DNA of 64,000 nt from Abditibacterium sp. Its GTDB lineage: Bacteria > Armatimonadota > Abditibacteriia > Abditibacteriales > Abditibacteriaceae. The position numbers and the translations under genes were made by a program. The notes under the pieces are model-generated. The model was given only the letters and a program-made list of their open reading frames with translations, made no database searches and had not been told where the DNA came from. The stretch's first letter is position 1, and every line of letters starts with the position of its first letter. The stretch is taken from contig CBDASK010000003.1 of assembly GCA_965199495.1 (NCBI GenBank), forward strand, positions 832,001 through 896,000, read 5' to 3'. Below are positions 18,827-29,100 of this stretch, in pieces.

Positions 18827-19369
18827 GTGCGCTATTTGTTGCCCGGTTTGTGGCACTTCGCGGCGGCGATGGCGTTTGCGGCCTCGTTCGGCGTTTTCCA
18901 AAAGCAGGACTTGACTTTCTGGTTGCAACAACCGGTTTTCACCATCGCTCTGATCGTTTGTTCATCGGCCTTTTTTTTCGTACCGGACAGATGGTCGAAA
19001 AAGGGTTTGCTCAAGTTTTTTCATTACCCGTTGCCCGATTGGGACGTATTGTTTTTGGGGCCAGCCTCGCATCGCAACTGGCTGACGCACTCGCCGTTTT
19101 TGGCGATTTTGTGTTTGGGCGCGCTGTGGAAATGGCCGCACAGCGCGAGTTTCCCTGGCGTCATGGCGGGCGCGATGGGCGTTTGTATTGGCGTGGGCAG
19201 CCATCTGTTTTGGGATTGCGTGGGCAGCAAGCAACACAAAATCATCGTGGTGCCGCATTGGATTCATCTGCGCGAAGTCGCCTCGCGATTGTATTTGCTC
19301 ATTGGCGCCTTCATTTGCCTCGCCGTGGCTGGTGCCATCGCTGCGGCGTTTTCGGTGAAACCGATTTGA
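18827..19369 (+). CDS. Membrane-bound metal-dependent hydrolase-like protein (YdjM-like motifs)
   Basis: LPDWD, HRNWLTHS, SHLFWD; several TM segments. Confidence 0.7.
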   Translation: MRYLLPGLWHFAAAMAFAASFGVFQKQDLTFWLQQPVFTIALIVCSSAFFFVPDRWSKKGLLKFFHYPLPDWDVLFLGPASHRNWLTHSPFLAILCLGALWKWPHSASFPGVMAGAMGVCIGVGSHLFWDCVGSKQHKIIVVPHWIHLREVASRLYLLIGAFICLAVAGAIAAAFSVKPI

Positions 19370-19372
19370 TTT

Positions 19373-19527
19373 TGAAGCCACAGAGTTCACAGAGGACGCA
19401 CCAAGGGCACAGAGAAGCGCGAGGAGAATAATTCGTGAAAGCAAAATTATAAATAGTTCTTCTCCTTTTTAACTTCTTCGCGCTTCTCTGTGCCCTTGGT
19501 GCGTCCTCTGTGAACTCTGTGGCTTCA
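19373..19527. repeat. MITE/REP-like inverted-repeat element (GCCACAGAGTTCACAGAG family), copy 1
   Basis: ~50-bp arms; arms and loop resemble 25524-25664. Confidence 0.85.
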
Positions 19528-19591
19528 GAAATTGCCTTAACACCCGCAAACGCGCTATAATTTCCGGGCACTCCCCCGTTTTTCTTTCCTC

Positions 19592-21613
19592 ATGAAAAGT
19601 CGTCCGCTTCAATACTTGGGACTGGCCTTGCTGCTTTTAGCGAGTCTGGTCGTCATCTTTTTCCCCATTGGCTCAGCGCCGCAATCGCAACCGTTTACGG
19701 TGTCGGTCGTGGCGCCCAAGCCGTTTAGCGAGCTGGCGCCCAAAGGCAAATCGCCCACCGATGCCGCCGATGCCGCGTTCGTTACGGCGTTCAAAAACTC
19801 GACTTTGCCCGGCGCTCTCACCGTCGGCACCGATCCAAAAACGGCCACAGTCGAAGCGCAGGCCACAACTCAGGCCGATGCGCGCGACAAAGCCGCGCGC
19901 ATCGTTTCGGCGCTCGACACGCAGTTCAAAGGCGTGCAACTGGCGCCGACGTTCTCGGTTGCCGATTTGCCCGCCAAACCGTTGGTTTCGCTCGGCAAAT
20001 ACGCGGTTTTCCCGTCGCGCGAGCGCAACGGTAGCGTCGAACCCGCCGTGAAACTCGGCCTCGATTTGCAGGGCGGCGTCAATCTCGTGTTGCAAGTCCG
20101 CCGCGCGATGTTTCCTTATACGATAACCAATGCGCCGACCGATCCCGCCGCGCGCGAGGAAATACTGAACCAAATCCGCGCCAAGTTAGCAGCCACGTCG
20201 GACGACTTGGGACTGCGCGGCGCCGATGTCGGGTTCAACAAAACAGCACCCGACCAAATCGAAGTGCGTTCGCAGGCCAAAGATAAAGACCAATTTAACG
20301 CGCAGGCCAAAGTTATTGGCGACGCGATGGCGAGCCTGAAAGGCGTGCAAATCGCGCCGACGCGGGCGCCGCAGTTTTATGTGCCCGACATTAAACCCGG
20401 CCAAACCGGCACCACCAACGCCGATTTACTGGCGACGACTGTGGAAATCATTCGTTCGCGCGTTGACAAATTGGGCGTTTCGGAACCTTTAATTCAATCG
20501 CAGCCGCCAGATCGCGTTTTGGTACAGTTGCCCGGCGTCAACGATCCGCAAAAAGCAGTCAATATCATCGGCCAGACGGCGCAGATGGAAATCCGTTTGT
20601 TGCCCCAGAACCTGCGCCCGATTGAAAATCCGAAAGACCCCAACAGCACTTTGTTCGCTGATGCGCAGGGCAATTTGGTGCCGACTGCCAAAGCGCGCGA
20701 CGAATCGGAATTGTTGGTTTCGGGCATTGACGTGAAGCCGACGACCGCCGCCGGTTTCGGTCAAAACGGCGAGCCTTTGGTCTCGTTCGAGTTGCAGGGC
20801 GAAGGCGCGCGCAAATTCGCGCAGGTCACGACCGAAGTCGCGGGCAAAAACCGTTTCATCCCGATTTTCCTGGACGATACCGCGATTTCGGCGCCCGTCG
20901 TGCAAAGCGCCATTACGGGCGGCAGCGGCCAAATTTCGGGCGGCTTCAAAACCATCGAAGAAGCGCAATCCTTGGCGGTTCTGCTCAATTCGGGCGCCCT
21001 GCCCGCGCCGATTGATGTCGTGGAAAACCGCACCGTTTCGGCGACATTGGGCCAGGATTCGCTCGTCAAATCGCTGCACGCGGGCGCCATCGGTTTGCTC
21101 GCCGTCGCGATTTTCATGGTCGTGTTTTATCGTCTGGCCGGAATGCTGGCGAACTGCGCGGTCATGGTTTATACCATTCTCAACCTCGTGGTTTTCATCT
21201 TGGTTGGCGGCACGTTGACCCTCCCCGGTATCGCCGGGTTTTTACTGGCGTTGGCGATGTCGCTCGATACCAACATTTTGATTTTTGAACGCTTGCGCGA
21301 AGAGATGGCGATTCAGCCGACGTTTGCGGCAGCGTTTCGCGCGGCTTTTGCGCGCGCTTGGACGGCGATTTTGGATTCGCACGTCACCACGCTGATTGCG
21401 GCGGTCGTCTTGTTTTACTTTGGCACCGGCCCGATCAAAGGCTTCGCTTTGACGCTGGGCATCGGCGTCATTTTGAGCCTGTTCTCGGCGATTTCGGTGA
21501 CGCGCCTGTTCATGTGGAGCGTCGCTAAATTCGGCGAAACTCACCCGAATATGTTCGCGGGCAAAATTCCCGAACGCGAGGCGGTTTTGATGGAGCGAGG
21601 CACAAAAGGCTAA
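19592..21613 (+). CDS. secD: Protein translocase subunit SecD
   Basis: LGLDLQGG, RVDKLGVSEP, LNSGALPAP, TLTLPGIAG, NILIFER. Confidence 0.97.
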   Translation: MKSRPLQYLGLALLLLASLVVIFFPIGSAPQSQPFTVSVVAPKPFSELAPKGKSPTDAADAAFVTAFKNSTLPGALTVGTDPKTATVEAQATTQADARDKAARIVSALDTQFKGVQLAPTFSVADLPAKPLVSLGKYAVFPSRERNGSVEPAVKLGLDLQGGVNLVLQVRRAMFPYTITNAPTDPAAREEILNQIRAKLAATSDDLGLRGADVGFNKTAPDQIEVRSQAKDKDQFNAQAKVIGDAMASLKGVQIAPTRAPQFYVPDIKPGQTGTTNADLLATTVEIIRSRVDKLGVSEPLIQSQPPDRVLVQLPGVNDPQKAVNIIGQTAQMEIRLLPQNLRPIENPKDPNSTLFADAQGNLVPTAKARDESELLVSGIDVKPTTAAGFGQNGEPLVSFELQGEGARKFAQVTTEVAGKNRFIPIFLDDTAISAPVVQSAITGGSGQISGGFKTIEEAQSLAVLLNSGALPAPIDVVENRTVSATLGQDSLVKSLHAGAIGLLAVAIFMVVFYRLAGMLANCAVMVYTILNLVVFILVGGTLTLPGIAGFLLALAMSLDTNILIFERLREEMAIQPTFAAAFRAAFARAWTAILDSHVTTLIAAVVLFYFGTGPIKGFALTLGIGVILSLFSAISVTRLFMWSVAKFGETHPNMFAGKIPEREAVLMERGTKG

Positions 21614-21664
21614 ACGACATTTGCAGGGGCGAACAGAATTTCGCTCTTGCAATGAAGGAATATT

Positions 21665-22705
21665 ATGGATTTTCGTGGAAAAAATATAGACCTCGTCGGC
21701 AAAATGTGGCTGTGGTTTGGCATTTCGATAGCGGTCATGTTGATTGGTCTCGTCGGCTGGCTTATCCCGCCGACGGGCCTCAACCTGGGCATTGATTTCA
21801 AGGGCGGCTCGCAATATACCTATCGCATTCCGGCCAATGTGCGCCCGCAGGCGGGTCAGGAAATCGGGCTTTTGCAAAAGGTCAATGGCAATTTGAACGG
21901 CGGCAAACTCTTGGGCACGCGCACGCAAATCGCGGGCGGCCAAGACCTCATCGTCAATACTTCGGCGGCCTCATCGTCGGAAGCCACAGCGCAACAGGGC
22001 ATCGTGGATAGCGCCGTCGCCAAAGCGTTTGGCGTGCCGCAAATCAAGCCCGAAAGCCAGCAACAGGTCGGCGCCGTCATCGGCGACGAACTGCGCGCTA
22101 ACGCCATCAAAGGCGTTTTGGTCGGCGTGATTCTCATCGCGTGCTGGATTTATATCCGCTACAACTTCGCGGGCGACGGCCTCCGCTACGCCGTGGCTGG
22201 TATCGTCGCCTTAGTTCACGACGTAATCGTGTTGCTTGGATTGTTCGCGCTCATCGGCAAAATTGATCCGCGCATCGAAGTGGACAGCGGCTTTATCGCG
22301 GCACTTTTGACGGTCGTCGGTTACTCGATTAACGATTCGGTGGTTATTTTCGACCGCGTGCGCGAGAACCTGCGCACACGGCGCAAAGAATCGTTCGAGA
22401 AAATCGTCAACGATTCGCTGCTGGAAACCATGAGCCGCTCGATTAACACTGGTTTGACGGTTTTAATTATGCTGTTCGCGCTGTTGATGTTGGGTGGCGA
22501 GAGCATTTACAGCTTTGTTTTGGCGATGTTGATTGGCATCGCTTCGGGTCTGTATTCCTCGATTTTCAACGCGTCTATGGTGATTGTGGCGTGGCATCGT
22601 TGGGACGAGAAAAAAGCGGAACAGGCGCGCGCCAATCGTTCCAATCGCCCGCAGGTCAAAGTGCGCGAAACCGGTCGCGGAACCGGCGTGACGCGCAGCA
22701 AATAA
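21665..22705 (+). CDS. secF: Protein translocase subunit SecF
   Basis: GIDFKGG, ALVHD, GYSINDSVVIFDRVREN. Confidence 0.97.
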   Translation: MDFRGKNIDLVGKMWLWFGISIAVMLIGLVGWLIPPTGLNLGIDFKGGSQYTYRIPANVRPQAGQEIGLLQKVNGNLNGGKLLGTRTQIAGGQDLIVNTSAASSSEATAQQGIVDSAVAKAFGVPQIKPESQQQVGAVIGDELRANAIKGVLVGVILIACWIYIRYNFAGDGLRYAVAGIVALVHDVIVLLGLFALIGKIDPRIEVDSGFIAALLTVVGYSINDSVVIFDRVRENLRTRRKESFEKIVNDSLLETMSRSINTGLTVLIMLFALLMLGGESIYSFVLAMLIGIASGLYSSIFNASMVIVAWHRWDEKKAEQARANRSNRPQVKVRETGRGTGVTRSK

Positions 22706-22750
22706 CGCGGTATAAATTGCATCTGCACGCGTTAAACTCTGACCATCCAA

Positions 22751-23347
22751 ATGTCGCAACTTCTTCCCTTTCTGCCGATTGTTTGCGCCGCGCTCATCGT
22801 GTGCGTTTTGGTTCAGTTCGCGCTGATTTCGAGCATCAACGCGCGTTTCGCACGGCAAACGAAAATGATGCGCCAGTTTTTCAGCGGGCCGCAGGGTGAA
22901 GATTTGGAAGCGTTGCTCGAACGCACCTTGACGCAATCGCAGTTGGCGATGGAAAATTCGGAGAAGGCTTTGGAGCGAGCCACACACGAAGTCGCGCGCA
23001 ATCAGGGCGGGATCCAAAAGTTCGCGTTGTTGCGCTACAACGCGTTTGAAGACGTGACCGGCGAGCAATCGTTTTCCATCGCTTTGCTCGACGGCAACAG
23101 CAATGGCACGGTGATTACCTCGATTCTGGGACGCCAGAACTCGCGCTGTTTCGGCAAATCCATCGTCAAAGGTCAACCGATGCAGCCGCTTTCGGACGAA
23201 GAACAACTCGTGTTTTTGCAGGCGTGCCAGTCGAACAACGATTTCAAAGTGGATGCCACCGAAATCGAGAGAAATCGCATGAACGGCAAAGAGAAAATCG
23301 AGCAGACCCATTTAAACAATGTCGCGTTGGAGGCCAGCCCCAATTGA
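22751..23347 (+). CDS. DUF4446 family protein
   Basis: [30 protein letters not shown]. Confidence 0.9.
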   Translation: MSQLLPFLPIVCAALIVCVLVQFALISSINARFARQTKMMRQFFSGPQGEDLEALLERTLTQSQLAMENSEKALERATHEVARNQGGIQKFALLRYNAFEDVTGEQSFSIALLDGNSNGTVITSILGRQNSRCFGKSIVKGQPMQPLSDEEQLVFLQACQSNNDFKVDATEIERNRMNGKEKIEQTHLNNVALEASPN

Positions 23348-23778
23348 CGCTGAAATTTAAACGTTTACCCAACGGCGCCGATTTGGAATTGCCTCATTAT
23401 CAAACGGCGGGCAGCGCCGGAATGGACGTGCGCGCGGCGGCGGATTTGACGTTGGAAGTCGGTCAAACAAAGTTAGTGCCGACCGGTTTCGCGATGGAAA
23501 TCCCGCCTGGCACTGAAGTGCAATTGCGCCCGCGTTCAGGTCTGGCGCTCAAACATTCGCTGACGATGCTCAATTCGCCCGCGACCATTGACAGCGATTA
23601 TCGCGGCGAAGTCGGCGTGATTTTGACGAATTTAGGCCAGCAACCCTTCGAGATTAAACGCGGCGACCGCATCGCGCAAATGGTTGTAGCGCGCGTCGAA
23701 CACGCCGAAATTATCGAGGTTGACGAATTGGGCGATTCGGATCGTGGTGCGGGCGGATTCGGGCATACCGGCGTTTGA
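23344..23778 (+). CDS. dut: dUTP diphosphatase (TTG start overlapping upstream stop)
   Basis: [36 protein letters not shown]. Confidence 0.97.
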   Translation: MTLKFKRLPNGADLELPHYQTAGSAGMDVRAAADLTLEVGQTKLVPTGFAMEIPPGTEVQLRPRSGLALKHSLTMLNSPATIDSDYRGEVGVILTNLGQQPFEIKRGDRIAQMVVARVEHAEIIEVDELGDSDRGAGGFGHTGV

Positions 23779-23813
23779 AAAATCGCGCGCAATCCGGTAA
23801 AATAGAATGGCGT

Positions 23814-23896
23814 GGAGAGATGGCAGAGTGGTCGATTGCGACGGTCTTGAAAACCGTTGAACGCAAGTTCCGAGGGTTCGAATCCCTCTCTCTCCT
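23814..23896 (+). tRNA. tRNA-Ser(TGA), CCA not encoded
   Basis: Acceptor GGAGAGA/TCTCTCC, anticodon arm acggt-ctTGAaa-accgt, variable arm gaac-gcaa-gttc, T-loop GGTTCGAATCC. Confidence 0.96.
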
Positions 23897-23907
23897 TTGA
23901 ATAAATC

Positions 23908-23944
23908 AAAACAGCCGCTTCCGATTTCGGAAGCGGCTGTTTTT
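23908..23944. terminator. Bidirectional intrinsic terminator
   Basis: aaaacagccgcttccg-attt-cggaagcggctgtttt between convergent genes. Confidence 0.85.
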
Positions 23945-23957
23945 GTTTTTCCAGAGC

Positions 23958-24473
23958 TTAATAACCTTCAACAGCGTTGCTATCGGCGGGCGCGGCGTTG
24001 GTCGCCGTGGCTGCATTGTCGGCGTTAGTCGAGTCGGGTGCAATCGGCTTGGCTTTGTTGGCGCTGCCCGAAGGCGCGGGCGGATTGATAATCGTGTTAT
24101 TGATTGTCGTTTTGCCTTTGTCCGAATTATCGGCGGGTGGGCTGGCGACGGGGGCGCGCGGCGCTGGATCGGTGTTGCGCATGGTCGTTTTTGTTTGCGT
24201 TGTCGTCGTGCTGACGGGCGGCGCCACGACGATGGTGTTGGGCGCGGGCACAGCCGTCGGCGCGACGATAATCGTCGTGTTGGATTCGGGCACCGGAGTA
24301 TTGGCGACAATCGTTTCTTTTTCGTGATTGATGATAACCGGACTGGTTTCGGGCGTGGCGGGGTGGCGCGTGGCGAAATAAGCCAGCGCGGCGCCGCCCA
24401 CGACGAGAAGCGCGATAAGGCCCATAATCAGGGCCGAGTTGCTCTGTTTGCGAGCTTGAGGATCGTATGCCAT
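23958..24473 (-). CDS. Hypothetical single-TM, Pro/Thr/Ala-rich protein
   Basis: TM helix then low-complexity tail; host-like codons. Confidence 0.7.
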   Translation of the reverse strand: MAYDPQARKQSNSALIMGLIALLVVGGAALAYFATRHPATPETSPVIINHEKETIVANTPVPESNTTIIVAPTAVPAPNTIVVAPPVSTTTTQTKTTMRNTDPAPRAPVASPPADNSDKGKTTINNTIINPPAPSGSANKAKPIAPDSTNADNAATATNAAPADSNAVEGY

Positions 24474-24632
24474 AGTTTTTTTCCTTGAAGGTGAGACCAC
24501 GCTAAATTGCGGTCTTCACAGCGCGCATGGGACGCAATGCCGATGGCGAGAGTTCAATTTTACCCAGTCAACCTCTCTTATGGCAACTTTGCCAATTGAC
24601 ACCGAAGCGTGAAAGTCCGCAAACTGGCGGCG

Positions 24633-25529
24633 ATGAAAGGAATTATTCTCGCCGGTGGTAGCGGCACGCGCCTCCACCCGCTCACGCTCGCCGTCTCCAA
24701 ACAATTATTACCAATATACGACAAGCCGATGATTTATTATCCGCTTTCCACGCTGATGTTGGCGGGCATCCGCGACATTTTGATTATCTCGACGCCGCAC
24801 GATTTGCCGCTTTTCGAGCATTTGCTGGGCGACGGCTCCAACTGGGGCATCAATTTGACCTATGCCGTGCAGCCATCGCCCGACGGTTTGGCGCAGGCGT
24901 TTGTTATCGGGCGCGAATTTCTCGACGGCGGCCCAGCCTGTCTGATTTTAGGCGACAACATTTTTTATGCCGATGGTTTAAGCGGAACACTGCAAAAATC
25001 CGCGCAAATTCAGAGCGGCGCACAGGTTTTCGGCTACTGGGTCGCCGACCCGGAGCGTTACGGCGTTATCGAATGGGAGTCGCAGCCCAAAGGTCTGGCG
25101 AGCAGCAGCCACGGCGGCGGCAAGGTGCTTTCGATTGAAGAAAAACCCGACCAGCCCAAATCGAATTACGCCGTCGTCGGTTTGTATTTCTACGATTCAC
25201 AAATCTCCGACATCGCGCAACAAGTCAAACCTTCCAAACGCGGCGAACTGGAAATTACCGAAGTCAACAATTTGTATCTAAAACAAGAGCAACTCCACGC
25301 CACACGCTTGGGACGCGGCGCGGCGTGGCTCGATACAGGCACGCATGAATCGCTGCTCGAAGCCTCGAATTTCATCGAAGTCATCGAAAAACGTCAGGGC
25401 TTGAAAATCGCCTGTTTGGAAGAAATCGCTTACCAGATGGATTGGATAGACGCCGAATCGGTTTTGCGTCAGGCCCGCGCGCTGGGCAAAACCGAATATG
25501 GGCGCTATCTGGAACGCTTGGTGAAATAA
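24633..25529 (+). CDS. rfbA: Glucose-1-phosphate thymidylyltransferase
   Basis: [15 protein letters not shown]...[30 protein letters not shown]. Confidence 0.98.
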   Translation: MKGIILAGGSGTRLHPLTLAVSKQLLPIYDKPMIYYPLSTLMLAGIRDILIISTPHDLPLFEHLLGDGSNWGINLTYAVQPSPDGLAQAFVIGREFLDGGPACLILGDNIFYADGLSGTLQKSAQIQSGAQVFGYWVADPERYGVIEWESQPKGLASSSHGGGKVLSIEEKPDQPKSNYAVVGLYFYDSQISDIAQQVKPSKRGELEITEVNNLYLKQEQLHATRLGRGAAWLDTGTHESLLEASNFIEVIEKRQGLKIACLEEIAYQMDWIDAESVLRQARALGKTEYGRYLERLVK

Positions 25530-25664
25530 GCCACAGAGTTCACAGAGGGACACAGAGAAGAGCGAAGAAAATTTTACGTAAAGGCAAAGCTATAAAAATA
25601 GTTCTTCACCGTTTTAATTTCTTCGCTCTTCTCTGTGTCCCTCTGTGAACTCTGTGGCTTATTT
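25524..25664. repeat. MITE/REP-like inverted-repeat element (GCCACAGAGTTCACAGAG family), copy 2
   Basis: Perfect 50-bp arms; includes the rfbA stop codon. Confidence 0.85.
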
Positions 25665-25667
25665 ATT

Positions 25668-28600
25668 TTATTTCCAATTTAAATTCGCGATTCGATAACT
25701 CGAATCCATGTCGTTGCCGTCGAAGCCGACCCAGCGATAAGCGTCGCCCTGCATCGCGCCCAGACGCAGCGTCTGAATTTTCCACGATTTTTCGCCGGGG
25801 AACTCTTTCGCCAACGCCGCGCCGATGTCGAAGCTGTAAGCGTTGCCCGCGTTTTTCATCGCGCCTAAAACGGGGGCCATCGGGTCGGGCTTTTGGCCGC
25901 CGTCAATTGTAATGGTGTGCCACTGATCGTCAATCATCGCGTAGAGATCAACTTTCACACCGGCGGGCACGGCGGCGTTCATCGAGAACTTGGTCTCCGG
26001 CGTGGCTGTTAGCGGCGCGCGGTTCAAATCTACGGCGAAGATGCCGCCCGCAACCGGATTAGTAATCGTCCATGCGTCTTTGTCGGGCGCGACAATCGCG
26101 GTTTTGATGTCGGTTTCGACAACCCCAACCGGCGCCAAACCGTCCGTTTTGGGCGCGCTGTCGGTGTCCACATAAGCCGCTTCCATCAGGCCGGATGGCA
26201 GGGCGCGCGTGCCCATTTTTTCGGCTTCGATTTTGGCGCGCGCGATCATCATCGTCGAATCGAGCGTCCAAAACGCGACGCGTCCGCCGTCTTTATACAA
26301 GGGCAGCGGATCGGGATCGAAATAATCGAGCAGCTTTTCGTCGTTGAACGAGAGCGAAACCAGAACGCCGTTTTTGCCGTTTTGCGTGGCGGCGCGGGCG
26401 CTGGCGCGGATGTAATACCACACGCGATGCCACGCCATATTGTGGTTGATCGTGTTTTTGAAAATGCCACCGCTGTCCGTTTTTTCCGCCACGACTTTGT
26501 TGCCGCGCAGAATTTTGGTCGCCGTATTGTTGTCGCCCGCCAGCACGAACGAATAGCCGCTCGCCGGGTTTTTGCCGTCGCCGCACAGCGAAATATTCAG
26601 GTCGCCCGGATGCGAGTAGCCCGGTTCTTTGGGCAAGTCCATTTGCGGGTGCGCATAAAATTCGGCGACGACATCGCCGCCATAAGTGCGCTTGCTCCAC
26701 AAAGTCGGATGGCGTCCCGCCCCGCCGAAGAACGACCAATCGCCATAGCAGGGCCAGCGCGAAAACACGTTCCAGCGACCCGACGGCGCGTAAAAATCAA
26801 CGGGCGCTTCGGTGAAGGTATAGTCGTCGCGGTTGGCCGTTGTCGCGAGCAGTTTTTCGGTGCGCACGCGCACGCCGCTCGAACGCACGCCCATTGATCT
26901 GCCCGTCGGCGGAGAGGGATCGAGATACGACAAAATCGGCGTTTCGCCCGCCAAAAGCATCAAGCCGTTGCCGGTCAATTGCAGATGCAGCGTGCCGCCT
27001 TCGGGCGTGTTAATATCGGGCAAATCGGCGTAAGGCATCGTCGCACTCGCCAGAGTTTTGCCGCCGCGAATCAAAGTCCACTCAATTTTTTTGGCCGCCT
27101 GATCGGAAGAGGCGCGCAGCAGATAACCCGAATCAAAATCGCCGCGTTTGGCGCGTAGCGCCGCCTCAAACTTGCTGGACGGCCAGCTCGCGCGCCACGG
27201 AAAATCGAGCGTGGTGTCGCCGAAAAATTCGCCGGTATTCCAAAACTCCAAGCCGCTCGCGCCCGGCGTCGGCGGCCACTGGCCGCTCGAACTCGCCCAA
27301 CCGACCATGTAGGCGTCGTCTTCCATTTTGGTGGCGACCGTGGGCGGTTCGGGCGGCGGCGGGAAATAAATCACCGCGTCCTTGAAAGCCGCCGACGTGG
27401 CTCCCGGCGCCAGCAGACCGAATCGTCCGTTGGTCAAATTAGGCGCGCTCGCCTGCGCGATGAGTTCATCGCCCGCCTTGACACGCAAAACGCCGTTGCG
27501 CGCGTCAATCTGGAAGCGCGCGTAACCATCTTTGTCGGTCTGCGCGGCCAAATCGGCGTCACCCTCGAACAGCGTTGTTTTTGCGCCATTCACCACGCGA
27601 ATAATGCGCGCTTTTTTATCCGGCGAAATTTGGAAGGCCGTATAATTCTTGGCATCGCGCACGCCGACCGCATAACCCAGCGTCGCGCCGGGTTTGATTT
27701 GCGCCGAAATGTGGGCGCGGTAACCGTCCCAGTTGCGCGCGCCCGTCACCAATAAGCCGTCGTTCTGACCAGCAGCCACGCCGCCCGCCAACTTCCAATC
27801 GCCGCTGGCTTTTTCCCACGCGCCGTTGTTGGAAAACGCGGTTCGCAGAAAATCGTAGGAGCGCACTTCGACATCGTCGAATTCGGCGGCGTCCATATTT
27901 TTGGCCCACAAACCGACGCCGCCCTGCCCCAACGCCTCGTTGTTGGCGCGCAAAACTGGCACGCCATCCACAATCGCCTCAATGTAACCGGGCGAAGTGC
28001 GAATCCCGATTTTATACCATTGTTTGGGCAAAAACGCGCCTTTGGCCTGCGCCAAAACCGTGACTTTACCATCGGCCACGCGCACCAGTTGGCGCGCGCC
28101 ATCGCCTTCTTCGCTGCTCCAGCGAAAGGCCAGATAATTTTTGGCGTCCTTGACATAAGCCGCCATGCCGATTTGCCCGGCGCCGCCCGGTCGCACGGCA
28201 ACGCGCGCATCGTAGGAATCCCAGAACCAGCGGCCCGTCGTCGCCAACGATTCGGCGTTTGGGCTGACGACTTGAAACGCGAACGGATTAGAACTCATGT
28301 CGGCGTTTTTGGTGGAAATATGCTCCGACGAAGTGGACAATTGCCACTTGCCCGTCGTTTTCCACAAATCGTCGCCCTCGCCGCCGATGCGAGTGAAGTC
28401 GTCGTCGAAGCGCACTACGTCCAAAGGTTGCACGCGCAGTTCTCCCCAATCGGCGGGCGCGGTGCCGATTTTCCCGGCGTCGAACGAGGCGTCGAACCCA
28501 CGGAGCGCGACGTTATCGTCCACCACCAATTGCATCAGCCACGGGCGCCGTTGCAGCACGATTTGGTTTTTGGCGTCCCACTTAATCGGCGCGCTATTGA

Positions 28601-28847
28601 TCGTTTTTTTTGCGCCGTCAACGGTGCGCGAAAACGTGGCGCCCGTGGGCGTTAAGTCGAGCGAGTAGAAATTTTTTGCGTCTTTGTAATCGAAAACCAA
28701 CGTTTGCGAAGCCACCGGGCGCGGCATATCCCACGAAACGTTGGTGGATGGTTCGGCGGCATCGTCGAGAAATTGGGGCGCGGCATGAACGTGAGGAGCG
28801 CAGAATGCGAGCGCGGACAGTGCAATGGCGAAGCGATATGGAAGCAT
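25668..28847 (-). CDS. Large secreted protein with tandem beta-sandwich (LamG/DUF1080-like) repeats
   Basis: Signal peptide; recurring YKDAKNFY / YVKDAKNY / VRDAKNY and G.VGLW...AEFDDVEV segments. Confidence 0.7.
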   Translation of the reverse strand: MLPYRFAIALSALAFCAPHVHAAPQFLDDAAEPSTNVSWDMPRPVASQTLVFDYKDAKNFYSLDLTPTGATFSRTVDGAKKTINSAPIKWDAKNQIVLQRRPWLMQLVVDDNVALRGFDASFDAGKIGTAPADWGELRVQPLDVVRFDDDFTRIGGEGDDLWKTTGKWQLSTSSEHISTKNADMSSNPFAFQVVSPNAESLATTGRWFWDSYDARVAVRPGGAGQIGMAAYVKDAKNYLAFRWSSEEGDGARQLVRVADGKVTVLAQAKGAFLPKQWYKIGIRTSPGYIEAIVDGVPVLRANNEALGQGGVGLWAKNMDAAEFDDVEVRSYDFLRTAFSNNGAWEKASGDWKLAGGVAAGQNDGLLVTGARNWDGYRAHISAQIKPGATLGYAVGVRDAKNYTAFQISPDKKARIIRVVNGAKTTLFEGDADLAAQTDKDGYARFQIDARNGVLRVKAGDELIAQASAPNLTNGRFGLLAPGATSAAFKDAVIYFPPPPEPPTVATKMEDDAYMVGWASSSGQWPPTPGASGLEFWNTGEFFGDTTLDFPWRASWPSSKFEAALRAKRGDFDSGYLLRASSDQAAKKIEWTLIRGGKTLASATMPYADLPDINTPEGGTLHLQLTGNGLMLLAGETPILSYLDPSPPTGRSMGVRSSGVRVRTEKLLATTANRDDYTFTEAPVDFYAPSGRWNVFSRWPCYGDWSFFGGAGRHPTLWSKRTYGGDVVAEFYAHPQMDLPKEPGYSHPGDLNISLCGDGKNPASGYSFVLAGDNNTATKILRGNKVVAEKTDSGGIFKNTINHNMAWHRVWYYIRASARAATQNGKNGVLVSLSFNDEKLLDYFDPDPLPLYKDGGRVAFWTLDSTMMIARAKIEAEKMGTRALPSGLMEAAYVDTDSAPKTDGLAPVGVVETDIKTAIVAPDKDAWTITNPVAGGIFAVDLNRAPLTATPETKFSMNAAVPAGVKVDLYAMIDDQWHTITIDGGQKPDPMAPVLGAMKNAGNAYSFDIGAALAKEFPGEKSWKIQTLRLGAMQGDAYRWVGFDGNDMDSSYRIANLNWK

Positions 28848-29100
28848 GAGAGGAGAAACGGCAAAGGGATTGGCCAAAATTTTGACCGGTAAAACAGCGT
28901 TAAGACAGGAATACTCAGACGTAGTTTCCCGCTCGAAGGCGCCGAAATTCTTTGAGTCGAGTGAGCAGGCGCAAAACTTTTCGCACTTGAATTGGTGCTT
29001 TTTTGCGCGAATTAGTGTAAAATTAATGGCAGTCCGCACCGCAGGGCCATAAACGCATCAAAGGATGAGATGGCATCGCGGTTTGCTTCACGAGGTTTTT

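Noticed and set aside
29070..29088. sigma54 promoter upstream of pilB (TGGCAT...TTGCT)
   Set aside because: GG-to-GC spacing is 11 rather than the strict 10 nt
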